From positions 2,834,064 to 2,866,063 of the forward strand of contig NC_004459.3 in assembly GCF_000039765.1 (NCBI RefSeq): a stretch of 32,000 bases of DNA, written 5' to 3'. The DNA is from Vibrio vulnificus CMCP6 (GTDB lineage Bacteria > Pseudomonadota > Gammaproteobacteria > Enterobacterales > Vibrionaceae). The translations under genes and the position numbers were made by a program. This document shows, piece by piece, positions 1 through 8,297 of the stretch; position 1 is the stretch's first letter, and every line of letters starts with the position of its first letter. The notes beneath the pieces are model-generated. The model saw only the letters and a list, made by a program, of their open reading frames with translations, was not told where the DNA came from and ran no database searches.

Positions 1-1
1 A

Positions 2-1699
2 CAAAATAACGTCATCTTGGTCGATGCAGGTGACACCATTCAAGGCAACTTTGTCGAAACGTTTAAAGAAGAGCCGATCGATCCAATGATGCTCGGCTTC
101 AATGAGATGAACTATGACGTTTGGGTATTAGGCAATCATGAGTTTGATTTTGGCTTGAACGTGCTTAATCGCTCTCTCACCCAATTCAAAGGCACCTCTC
201 TGGCAGGTAACATTCAACGCCCTGATGGCAACCCTTTTTTGCCGGGTTACACCATCATTGAGCGTGGTGGGATAAAAATCGGCGTGATCGGAATGGACAC
301 CCCCATGACGCAAGTCTTCGCTGAAGGAACCAATCGCCTTGAAGGGATGACCTTCACCAACCCGACGCTGGAAGTGAAAAAAATCGTCAAGCAGATTGAG
401 GGCAAAGTCGATGCGATTGTACTAGTTGCCCACATGGGCCTCGACAATGAAAATGACATCGCAGACACCGGTGTCACCGACATTGCCAACGGCAACCCTG
501 AGCTCGATGCCATTGTGGCCGGCCACATGCATACGCGCATTGATAAAGCCGTGGTCAATGGCGTCATCATCACCGAGCCCGACAAATATGGCCGTGCGCT
601 GTCACGCATTGACTTGCAGTTTGAAGAACAAAATGGCCAGTTCACCTTGATCAACAAAGACAGCTACACCTACAAGATCAAAGGCGTCGATTCGGATGAC
701 AAGATGGAATCGCTCTACGAACCGTATCACAAGCGTCTGCGTGAAATGGCCAACCGCGAAGTGGCGCAGCTTACTGGCGTGAATTTAGTACCAGAAAACG
801 ACATTCGTGGTATCCCGCAAGTGCATGTTCAAGACTCAGGGATCAGTGCACTTTTCCAAGAAGCGAGTTTTTTCTACGCACCTCAAGCCAACGTCATTGC
901 ACTGCAAATTGACAATGACAACGCCAAGTTGGACGTAGGCCCAATCAAAGCTAAAGACATCGCATACAACTACCAATATGCGGGTGGCGAGATCACGGTT
1001 TATCAAATGACGGGCAAAGAGTTGAAGCAGTACATGGAGTGGTCTGCTGGTTACTTCAATTCTGTGCAAGCGGGGGATGTGACATACAGCTTTAATCCTG
1101 AAAGACGCGCCTCAAAGTACTCAACCAACGACTTCTTCGCGGGCGTCACCTACACCATCGACTTAACTCAGCAAGCAGGCCAACGCATTACTGATCTCAA
1201 GTTTGCCGATGGTAAACCCGTGTTAGACGACAGCGAGATTCGCCTCGGCATGAATAGCTACCGTATGGGCCATTTGACCAAAAAAGGCGGCGTATTAGAG
1301 GGCCAAACCTTCCCTGTTCTGTTTGATACCGAAGCAAAATACGGTGAAGAACAAGGCACCATCCGAAATCTCACCATTCGCTACCTCACCGAGCAGAAAC
1401 AGGGACAATACGTCGGCCAACCGATGCAACGTTGGAAACTCTCTGGTTTGCAGGGGTTTGAGAAAGAAGGGGCGATCGTCAAACAGTTGATCAACGAAGG
1501 CAAAATCGATGTACCTGCCAGTGAAGATGGTCGCTACACCAACATAGCTTCAATAAATGTCAAAGCACTGGTGTTCACCAATCCACAGGCTAAAAACGAA
1601 GCCATTACTTCTCGCCTTGCTAAAATTGAGGAAGCGAATCCTACGGAGAAACAACATCTTAAGCGCGAGTTGATCCTCATCGAAGCACTGAACCCATAA
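2..1699 (+). CDS. 5'-nucleotidase / 2',3'-cyclic-nucleotide phosphodiesterase family metallophosphoesterase (N-terminus cut by window edge)
   Basis: The frame is open from the window edge (QNNVILVDAGDTIQG precedes the track's TTG at 17). Calcineurin-like motifs DAGDxxQG, GNHEFD and GHMH are present, followed by a long C-terminal domain typical of UshA/CpdB-type nucleotidases. A strong terminator follows the stop. Confidence 0.8.
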   Translation, partial: QNNVILVDAGDTIQGNFVETFKEEPIDPMMLGFNEMNYDVWVLGNHEFDFGLNVLNRSLTQFKGTSLAGNIQRPDGNPFLPGYTIIERGGIKIGVIGMDTPMTQVFAEGTNRLEGMTFTNPTLEVKKIVKQIEGKVDAIVLVAHMGLDNENDIADTGVTDIANGNPELDAIVAGHMHTRIDKAVVNGVIITEPDKYGRALSRIDLQFEEQNGQFTLINKDSYTYKIKGVDSDDKMESLYEPYHKRLREMANREVAQLTGVNLVPENDIRGIPQVHVQDSGISALFQEASFFYAPQANVIALQIDNDNAKLDVGPIKAKDIAYNYQYAGGEITVYQMTGKELKQYMEWSAGYFNSVQAGDVTYSFNPERRASKYSTNDFFAGVTYTIDLTQQAGQRITDLKFADGKPVLDDSEIRLGMNSYRMGHLTKKGGVLEGQTFPVLFDTEAKYGEEQGTIRNLTIRYLTEQKQGQYVGQPMQRWKLSGLQGFEKEGAIVKQLINEGKIDVPASEDGRYTNIASINVKALVFTNPQAKNEAITSRLAKIEEANPTEKQHLKRELILIEALNP

Positions 1700-1708
1700 A
1701 CCACATCT

Positions 1709-1738
1709 GTGCACCTCTTGGTAGGTGCACATTTTTTC
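1709..1738 (+). terminator. Rho-independent terminator
   Basis: GTGCACCT (1709-1716) pairs with AGGTGCAC (1723-1730) across a 6-nt loop, followed by ATTTTTTCT. Confidence 0.8.
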
Positions 1739-1816
1739 TCTCGCAAAATTGTCACAATAAAATTCCCTTCCGCGCGCTTTTGCCTGTCGACATCACAAAA
1801 AAAATAGGATAGGTTT

Positions 1817-1832
1817 AGATGTATAGACGTCT
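1817..1832 (+). promoter_or_regulatory. Tandem MetJ boxes (met operator) upstream of metA
   Basis: AGATGTAT (6/8) is followed directly by AGACGTCT (8/8 to the met-box consensus AGACGTCT). A weaker third box, ATAGGTTT, lies at 1809-1816. The site sits about 30 nt upstream of the metA start. Confidence 0.75.
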
Positions 1833-1859
1833 AAAAGAGATTAGCTTAGGGAGAAAGCT

Positions 1860-2801
1860 GTGCCTATTCGTATTCCAGATCAATTACCAGCCGCCGATGT
1901 TTTGCGTACTGAAAACATCTTCGTAATGAGTGAAACCCGTGCAGCAAGCCAAGAAATACGCCCACTAAGAGTGCTGATTCTCAATTTGATGCCGAAAAAA
2001 ATAGAGACAGAAACTCAGTTTTTACGCCTGCTTTCCAACAGCCCACTTCAGGTTAACGTTGAGTTACTGCGCATTGACGATCGCCCGAGCAAAAATACCC
2101 CAACCGAACATCTCGATAATTTTTATCGTCAGTTTGAGATGGTGAAAAACCGTAACTTCGACGGCCTGATCATCACTGGCGCGCCGCTTGGTTTGGTGCA
2201 GTTTGAAGATGTCATTTACTGGGATCACCTCAAAACCATTATGGAATGGGCCAAATCCCATGTGACTTCCACCCTCTATGTTTGTTGGGCAGCACAAGCT
2301 GGGCTCAAACTGCTCTACGACTTGCCGAAGAAAACGCGTAAAGAGAAGCTCTCTGGCGTGTATCACCACCGTATTCACAAACCTTACCATCCGGTTTTGC
2401 GTGGTTTTGATGATTCTTTCTTGGCGCCCCATTCTCGCTACGCCGATTTTTCGCCAGAGTATCTCGCAGAACACACCGATTTGGATATTCTCGCCACGTC
2501 TGACGATGCAGGCGTGTACCTAGCCACCACCAAAGATAAGCGCAACGTCTTTGTTACTGGCCATCCTGAATATGACCCGCACACGCTGCACAATGAATAC
2601 ATTCGCGATTTGGGTGAAGGCATGGAACCGGCGATTCCGGTTAACTACTACCCCAACGACAACCCAGATAATCCGCCAATTGCAAGCTGGCGTAGCCACG
2701 GCCACCTGCTTTTCTCGAACTGGTTGAACTACTGCGTCTACCAACAAACGCCTTACGATCTCGATCATTTCAGCGAAGAAGCGTTTACCAAGGACGAATA
2801 G
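1860..2801 (+). CDS. metA: Homoserine O-succinyltransferase (homoserine transsuccinylase)
   Basis: 313 aa with a GTG start preceded by GGGAGA. The N-terminus [23 protein letters not shown] and the whole length are recognisable as the enterobacterial/Vibrio MetA family. MetJ boxes lie upstream. Confidence 0.95.
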   Translation: MPIRIPDQLPAADVLRTENIFVMSETRAASQEIRPLRVLILNLMPKKIETETQFLRLLSNSPLQVNVELLRIDDRPSKNTPTEHLDNFYRQFEMVKNRNFDGLIITGAPLGLVQFEDVIYWDHLKTIMEWAKSHVTSTLYVCWAAQAGLKLLYDLPKKTRKEKLSGVYHHRIHKPYHPVLRGFDDSFLAPHSRYADFSPEYLAEHTDLDILATSDDAGVYLATTKDKRNVFVTGHPEYDPHTLHNEYIRDLGEGMEPAIPVNYYPNDNPDNPPIASWRSHGHLLFSNWLNYCVYQQTPYDLDHFSEEAFTKDE

Positions 2802-2828
2802 CGCCACACGAAATCAAACCGTTCTTTT

Positions 2829-2866
2829 ACAACAGGCCGCCTTTCACGTGGCCTGTTGTCGTTTAT
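2829..2866 (+). terminator. Terminator-like hairpin after metA
   Basis: ACAACAGGCC (2829-2838) pairs with GGCCTGTTGT (2850-2859) in a 10-bp stem with an 11-nt loop. The trailing T tract is weak (CGTTTAT). Confidence 0.55.
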
Positions 2867-2975
2867 GCCAGACTCTCGTTTATGCAAAGTGACTCGCATT
2901 GTCGATGTCGATTGGTAGGCAATAGACCCCAAGGATTTATCATCTCTTCAGGCCACATTAAAAAGAACGAAAACG

Positions 2976-3710
2976 ATGAAAAAACAAACTCTTCTTTTGC
3001 CGCAATTGGTAGCACTTACCCTTTTGACTGGGTGTGTCACAGTCACTGAAGGCCAAGCACAAAAAGATCCGGACCCAATTGGCATGGCAGAATCTCGCAT
3101 TGCCTTGGGGCTTGGCTATCTAGAAAATGGCGCGATGATCAAAGCCCATGACAACTTACAACAAGCCCTGACTCACGCTCCTGATTATTACCGAGCGCAA
3201 CTTTCCATGGCCCACTACTACGAGCGCGTTGGTGAAAACGGCAAGGCCGAGGATATTTATCAAAAATCGGCTCGTCAGCACCCAAAAAACGGCAACGTAT
3301 TGAACAACTACGGCACGTTTTTATGTAAAAAGGGCGAGTATGACAAAGCGGATCGTTTGTTTAATCGTGCCATCGAGCAGCCTTACTACTACTTGATTCC
3401 TGCCAGTTATGAAAACGCCGCGTTTTGCGCTCTGAAGGCGGGCGACAATGTAAAAGCGCAAACCTATTTTACTCGTGCGATTGACTACGACCCACACCGT
3501 CCCAAATCGGTGCTCAACCTCGCTAAGTTGGAAATCGATACCGGTAACTACACCCAAGCGCGCCTGCGTTTGATGCGCTTCCACCAAAGCTATGGGCTGC
3601 AAATCCCCTCGCTTAAACTGATGATCGATTTAGAAGACAAAGCAGGCAATGTGGCGCTGGTGAAGAAGTATCAGAGTGAGTTGGACAAATTGACGGCCCG
3701 CCAAGGCTAG
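2976..3710 (+). CDS. TPR-repeat lipoprotein, PilW/PilF-like (type IV pilus biogenesis/stability family)
   Basis: Signal peptide with lipobox LLTGC. Repeated TPR-like 34-aa units (AxxxLxxAL...P.Y..A) resemble PilF/PilW. No other pilus genes are in the window. Confidence 0.65.
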   Translation: MKKQTLLLPQLVALTLLTGCVTVTEGQAQKDPDPIGMAESRIALGLGYLENGAMIKAHDNLQQALTHAPDYYRAQLSMAHYYERVGENGKAEDIYQKSARQHPKNGNVLNNYGTFLCKKGEYDKADRLFNRAIEQPYYYLIPASYENAAFCALKAGDNVKAQTYFTRAIDYDPHRPKSVLNLAKLEIDTGNYTQARLRLMRFHQSYGLQIPSLKLMIDLEDKAGNVALVKKYQSELDKLTARQG

Positions 3711-3744
3711 CGATTGCTGGTGGATGAATTCAAAAGACGCGACT

Positions 3745-3783
3745 AACAAAAAACCTCTGCCCAAAAAGCAGAGGTTTTTTATG
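3745..3783. terminator. Bidirectional rho-independent terminator
   Basis: AAACCTCTGC (3751-3760) pairs with GCAGAGGTTT (3768-3777). It is flanked by an A-run on the left and a T-run on the right, so it serves pilW-like (+) and the 71-aa ORF (-). Confidence 0.85.
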
Positions 3784-3802
3784 GTTTTACCGCCCACATG
3801 AC

Positions 3803-4018
3803 TCAACGTCTTGAGGTTGAGTTGCGGATTTTGTAGCGATCTTTTCGGTGCGTATTGCGTAACTTACGCACCTTCGTTTTTCTCTTAATCGTCAGATATT
3901 CACGGTAAATAATCCGAATAAACGCAATTAAGCCAATGATGAGCAGAATGGTAAAAACGCTCAGGAAGCTTTCACACAGCCAATCTGGCTGACAGGGTAG
4001 ATAAATTTCAAAATCCAT
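3803..4018 (-). CDS. Small single-pass membrane protein (71 aa), uncharacterised
   Basis: A near-perfect SD (TAATAGGAGGGCATGCG-ATG) precedes the start. One hydrophobic helix is present (FLSVFTILLIIGLIAFIRIIY). The C-terminal tail has 15 Lys/Arg in its last 33 residues. The start lies 56 nt after the rlmF stop with no intervening hairpin. Confidence 0.6.
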   Translation of the reverse strand: MDFEIYLPCQPDWLCESFLSVFTILLIIGLIAFIRIIYREYLTIKRKTKVRKLRNTHRKDRYKIRNSTSRR

Positions 4019-4074
4019 CGCATGCCCTCCTATTACGCAACCTATTCGTTTTTAACTCGGGATGATTGTCTCCA

Positions 4075-5169
4075 TCACCCTCGCAGTTTGATCCACTCTC
4101 CTCTTTGTTGTTTGTCCATAAATGACCAAGCAACAAAGCGACTGACCTTTTGTCCTTGGCTCATTTCGACGACACGAATACTGCGTACACCTAATTTTTC
4201 CAACTGTTTACGTAGAGGTCTTACGTTGTCTTTCTTCGAAACGAGCGTACTGAACCACAAAACCTGATGGGCAAAACGCTCACTTTCGTTCGCCATGCGC
4301 TTCAAGAAGGAGGATTCTCCACCTTGACACCACAACTCAGAATTTTGACCTCCGAAGTTAAGTATAGGTTTGTTTTTCGAGATTTTTTGTGAACCAGCTT
4401 TTGCTGTTACACCTTTTTTCAAACGGTTGGCGGCGAGGTTGTCTAATTTTCGTTGCGTGCCAAACGCCGCTTCCTGTGCCGAAGCGTGAAATGGCGGGTT
4501 GCATGTCGTCACATGAAAGTAGTCTGTGGGGCCAATAATGCCTTGGAAAATATGCTGTGACTGGTCTTGCAATTTGAGCTCAAGCTGCCCCTGCAGCACA
4601 GGGTTAGAGTCAGCAATGCGCTGCGCTGACTCAATCGATTTAGGGTCAACGTCACTACCCGTGTAGCGCCAACGATAGTCACAAATCGCAATAATGGGAT
4701 AGATGGCGTTTGCACCGACACCGATGTCCAACGCCTGAACTTTCTCATGAGGAAATTTACCTTTCACCTCTCCTTCCAAGAGCTCCGCTAGACGATGGAT
4801 ATAATCCGCACGCCCGGGGATTGGCGGGCACAAATAGCCTGCTGGGATGTCCCAATTTGCTACTTGGTAGTAAGCACTGAGCAGCGCTTTATTGAGCATT
4901 TTTACTGCCGTTGAATCTGAAAAAGAAATACTCGCCTCACCTTTAGGATTTTTGATCACAAAAGGAGCAAGCGATGGCAGCGCCTGCGTTAACTTAGCAA
5001 AATCGTAACGCCCTTGATGTTTGTTGCGCGAATGCAGCCCAGCACGCGTCACTTTGACAAAATCACAATTCGATTCAGACGCACTGAGATCACGACTCTT
5101 TTTCGTGCGCGGTTTTGGGGCTCGTTTCGCAGGCTCTAATGGCTTGGCGGATTTTCGTTTGTTCGTCAT
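4075..5169 (-). CDS. rlmF: 23S rRNA (adenine1618-N6)-methyltransferase
   Basis: Collinear with E. coli RlmF (YbiN): GLHSRNKHQGRYDF, CPPIPGRADYIH, DIGVGANAIYP, the NPPFH catalytic motif and QGQKVSRFVAWSF. I prefer the ATG at 5169 (MTNKRK), which overlaps the upstream stop as TAATG, over the track start at 5265. Confidence 0.9.
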   Translation of the reverse strand: MTNKRKSAKPLEPAKRAPKPRTKKSRDLSASESNCDFVKVTRAGLHSRNKHQGRYDFAKLTQALPSLAPFVIKNPKGEASISFSDSTAVKMLNKALLSAYYQVANWDIPAGYLCPPIPGRADYIHRLAELLEGEVKGKFPHEKVQALDIGVGANAIYPIIAICDYRWRYTGSDVDPKSIESAQRIADSNPVLQGQLELKLQDQSQHIFQGIIGPTDYFHVTTCNPPFHASAQEAAFGTQRKLDNLAANRLKKGVTAKAGSQKISKNKPILNFGGQNSELWCQGGESSFLKRMANESERFAHQVLWFSTLVSKKDNVRPLRKQLEKLGVRSIRVVEMSQGQKVSRFVAWSFMDKQQRGEWIKLRG

Positions 5170-5684
5170 TATTTTTTTGCTTCCTGAGCTTTTAAATCGA
5201 GGTAAATCATAAACAGACGAGCATCCAGCTCCAGTTGGTGATAATCCGGCTCCATGTAGCAGCAAAGAGAGTAAAAGGCTTTATCATGCTCTTTCTCTTT
5301 AATGTGCGCCAACTCGTGCACAACCAACATGCGCAGCAAAGGCTCCGGCGCGTCTTTAAACACATTGGCAATGCGAATCTCATTTTTCGATTTGAGTTTA
5401 CCGCCGTGGTTGCGAGAGACGACACTGTGCAAGCCGAGCGCGTTGTTAATCAGATGAATTTTCCCGTCGTACACCACTTTACTGATGGGGCCCGTTTTCT
5501 TCATAAACTGGTTCTTAATCTGCATCGCGTAGTCAAACAACGCTTTTTCACTGCGAATGTCGTGACGCACAGGGTAGCGTTTATCAAACCAAGGAATTAA
5601 ACGTTGCGACTCAATCAATTGGGCCACTTGCTGCACGATATGCTGCGGGTAACCCTGAATGTAGCGAAGTGACGGATGCATCAT
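5169..5684 (-). CDS. YgjP-like DUF45 / M48-type zinc metallohydrolase
   Basis: An HExxH motif sits in the context LLRMLVVHELAHIKEKEHDKAF. The whole length resembles E. coli YgjP. The start is ambiguous: the ATG at 5684 or 5681 fits the family N-terminus (LRYIQGYP), and the longest ORF begins at 5702. Confidence 0.8.
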   Translation of the reverse strand: MMHPSLRYIQGYPQHIVQQVAQLIESQRLIPWFDKRYPVRHDIRSEKALFDYAMQIKNQFMKKTGPISKVVYDGKIHLINNALGLHSVVSRNHGGKLKSKNEIRIANVFKDAPEPLLRMLVVHELAHIKEKEHDKAFYSLCCYMEPDYHQLELDARLFMIYLDLKAQEAKK

Positions 5685-5815
5685 GGAATCGGACCTGATC
5701 ATTTTTCAAAGCGCGCTAGTTTACCTGACTCCGCCCCTTGAATCATCGCTTTTTCTTTTCGTCCGCAGCGAAATTGGCTACACTTGCGCCCCTTTTCATT
5801 ACATGGCAAGACAAG

Positions 5816-6046
5816 ATGAAACGTGTCGTCCTCTATATCAAAGACAAATGTCCACATTGCAAAGATGCGCAGCGCTATCTGGATAGCAAAGGCATTCAAT
5901 ACCGCTTGTGTAATGCCAAGATGCATCGCGGTCGTAAAGAGCTGGACGCGATTGGTGCGCGCTCTGTGCCTGTACTTAAAATCGGTGACCGTTTGATGAT
6001 TGGTTGGAACCCAAAGAACTTTGAACGCATGTATGGCGATAAGTGA
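5816..6046 (+). CDS. Glutaredoxin-fold small redox protein (76 aa), CPHC active site
   Basis: MKRVVLYIKDKCPHCKDAQRYLDSKGIQY...SVPVLKIGD is the classic Grx/NrdH layout: beta1, CxxC, helix, then cis-Pro (VP). The ATG at 5816 is preferred over the track's 5738 extension. Confidence 0.75.
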   Translation: MKRVVLYIKDKCPHCKDAQRYLDSKGIQYRLCNAKMHRGRKELDAIGARSVPVLKIGDRLMIGWNPKNFERMYGDK

Positions 6047-6052
6047 TTACAG

Positions 6053-6922
6053 CTAAACATACTGCTTTATAAATTCGATAAAGGTGCGATCCGCCACCGA
6101 CAGATAGCCGCCACGTCGCCAAGCCAATGCTAGGTTCAGAGTGACGGGCGGAGAAAATGGCACGCCGACCACGCCACTCTCATTCTCGGTCACCAATTGA
6201 AGCAGCGCAGTAATGGCAAACTCTCGCTTTACGATCTTCAAAATCAATGGCAATAGATTGGTTTCAAAAGAATACTGCATTTCAATGCCATGCTGCTGGC
6301 TAAAGTGATCGAGAAAATCGCGGTGGAAATAACCCGATTTGAACATCACCAGTTCATGTTGAAAAAACTCTTCAAAAGTGAGGGATGCTCGTTGCGATAA
6401 CGAATGCTCACTGCCAACTACCGCCATCATCTGGCTAGAGAACAGGTGGTCTATTTCTAAATCGTCCGGTACGTCGTTTTCCGTGATCACGCCAATGTCC
6501 AAATCCCCTTCAAGCAGCATCTTACGAATCGACTGCGTCCCCGCTTCAATCAGTGTCAATTTTAGATTGGGATAGTGACTTTTAAACGCCATTAAAATTT
6601 CTGGAAAGAAGTAGCTGCCCATCATGCTTGGCGCACCAAGGCGCACCTCACCTTTCTCAAGCCCTTTCAGTTCATTCATCGCCAACTCGGCATCATGCAG
6701 TTGCTGCACAACACGTTTGGCATGCTCATACAAGGTTTGCCCTTCCGTTGTCAGTGCGATCTGTTTGTCATCACGCTTAAATAGCGTCACACCGAGGCTT
6801 TGTTCGAGCTTTTTGATTGAGACACTCAAGGCAGGCTGCGCGATATGCAAAGACTGAGCTGCACGAGTGAAATTTTTCTCTTCGGCCACCGCCAAAAATT
6901 GTTTGAGTTGTTTCGATTCCAT
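6053..6922 (-). CDS. LysR-family transcriptional regulator
   Basis: The N-terminal wHTH is MESKQLKQFLAVAEEKNFTRAAQSLHIAQPALSVSIKKLEQSLG, followed by a LysR substrate-binding domain. The gene is divergent from an MFS transporter. Confidence 0.9.
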   Translation of the reverse strand: MESKQLKQFLAVAEEKNFTRAAQSLHIAQPALSVSIKKLEQSLGVTLFKRDDKQIALTTEGQTLYEHAKRVVQQLHDAELAMNELKGLEKGEVRLGAPSMMGSYFFPEILMAFKSHYPNLKLTLIEAGTQSIRKMLLEGDLDIGVITENDVPDDLEIDHLFSSQMMAVVGSEHSLSQRASLTFEEFFQHELVMFKSGYFHRDFLDHFSQQHGIEMQYSFETNLLPLILKIVKREFAITALLQLVTENESGVVGVPFSPPVTLNLALAWRRGGYLSVADRTFIEFIKQYV

Positions 6923-6930
6923 CTAGATCA

Positions 6931-6953
6931 AAAATATATCGTCATCATATTTT
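6931..6953. promoter_or_regulatory. Candidate LysR-type operator (inverted repeat)
   Basis: AAAATAT-N9-ATATTTT is a perfect 7-bp dyad in the 94-nt LysR/MFS divergent spacer. It is compatible with the T-N11-A LTTR architecture. Confidence 0.4.
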
Positions 6954-7016
6954 TAATATATTTTGTTTATCACGACGTGACTGATACTGTGCTCACAAAT
7001 CAGTAGGAGAATTAAG

Positions 7017-8225
7017 ATGTACGAACTCGGCAGCTCTCAGTATCGCCATATCACCATTGCCTTAGCACTCGGTTCGTTTTTAGTTTTCTGTAATCTTTAC
7101 CTCTTTCAACCTATGCTGCCTAAATTGGCGTTGGAATACACGGTATCGGAAACACAGGTAAACTGGGTATTTGCCGCCACCACACTGGGTTTATCCCTTA
7201 GCCTTGTCCCCATGGCGGTGTTGTCTGAAAAAATTGGCCGACGCACGGTCATGTTGGCGGGTTTATTCGCCATTCCACTGTGCAGTGCCGCTCTGCTGCT
7301 TAACGACTCTTTCTTGTTTATCGTCATTTGCCGAGCGCTCCTTGGGGTGGCGTTGGCGGCCTTTGCCGCCGTTGCGGTGGCGTACATGGCGGAAGAATTG
7401 CACCCCAAAGCGTTTAGCCACGCCATCGGCGGTTACATTGCGGCCAATTCACTCGGCGGCATTAGCGGACGAATCAGTGGCGGTTTGATGTCCGATTGGT
7501 TTGGTACCACGGTCGCAATTGAGGTGATGCTGGTCTTCACGCTACTGGGCGTGATTGCGGTGAGTTTTTTGCTGCCCAAGCAGAAACATTTCTCCCCCAG
7601 CACTCACAGCTTATGGCAACACAATCAGACCATCGTCCAGCACCTGCGCCACACCCGAGTTTGGTTGGCAATGGTGATCGGCGGGCTCAATTTTGCCCTT
7701 TTCGTTAACCTCTATTCAGTGATGGGATTTCGCCTGGTGGCGGAGCCGCATGGCCTACCCGTTGGCCTCGCTTCATTGATTTTTTTGTGTTACCTCGGCG
7801 GTACCATCAGCTCCAAATACACCGGCAAATGGAATCAACATTTTCATCCGGTCAGCGGCATGTTGCTGGGCGCGGCGATCAGTTTGTTTGGTATGCTAAT
7901 CACTTCGATTGAACATTTAGCCGCCATGTTTATCGGTTTAGTACTGATTTCCTTCGGCGCTTTTTTCACGCACACTTTGGCGTATGGATGGGTCGGGCAA
8001 AAAGCCACTCATGCAAAAGCAACGGCAACCGCGATGTATCTGGTGCACTACTATGTAGGCGGTAGCCTTGGCGGATTCTTCTTGCTCTATTGCTGGCAAC
8101 ATTGGCAATGGAATGGTGTGATCATCGCAGCGCTGACTATGTATGTGTTGCTGTTTGCCGTGATACTGCAACTGAAAAAACCCAAATACGCGTGCATGGA
8201 AGAGGCCTTGGTCAAGCATACTTGA
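7017..8225 (+). CDS. MFS transporter (12-TM, YnfM-like)
   Basis: 402 aa and highly hydrophobic with about 12 predicted helices. An MFS loop motif (SEKIGRR) lies between TM2 and TM3. Strong SD (AGGAGAATTAAG-ATG). Confidence 0.85.
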   Translation: MYELGSSQYRHITIALALGSFLVFCNLYLFQPMLPKLALEYTVSETQVNWVFAATTLGLSLSLVPMAVLSEKIGRRTVMLAGLFAIPLCSAALLLNDSFLFIVICRALLGVALAAFAAVAVAYMAEELHPKAFSHAIGGYIAANSLGGISGRISGGLMSDWFGTTVAIEVMLVFTLLGVIAVSFLLPKQKHFSPSTHSLWQHNQTIVQHLRHTRVWLAMVIGGLNFALFVNLYSVMGFRLVAEPHGLPVGLASLIFLCYLGGTISSKYTGKWNQHFHPVSGMLLGAAISLFGMLITSIEHLAAMFIGLVLISFGAFFTHTLAYGWVGQKATHAKATATAMYLVHYYVGGSLGGFFLLYCWQHWQWNGVIIAALTMYVLLFAVILQLKKPKYACMEEALVKHT

Positions 8226-8297
8226 GTCGTCAAAGGGGATAGGATTGAACCCCACGAGTGGTTATACTGCCCCCTCAACACGCAATAGAATACGATC

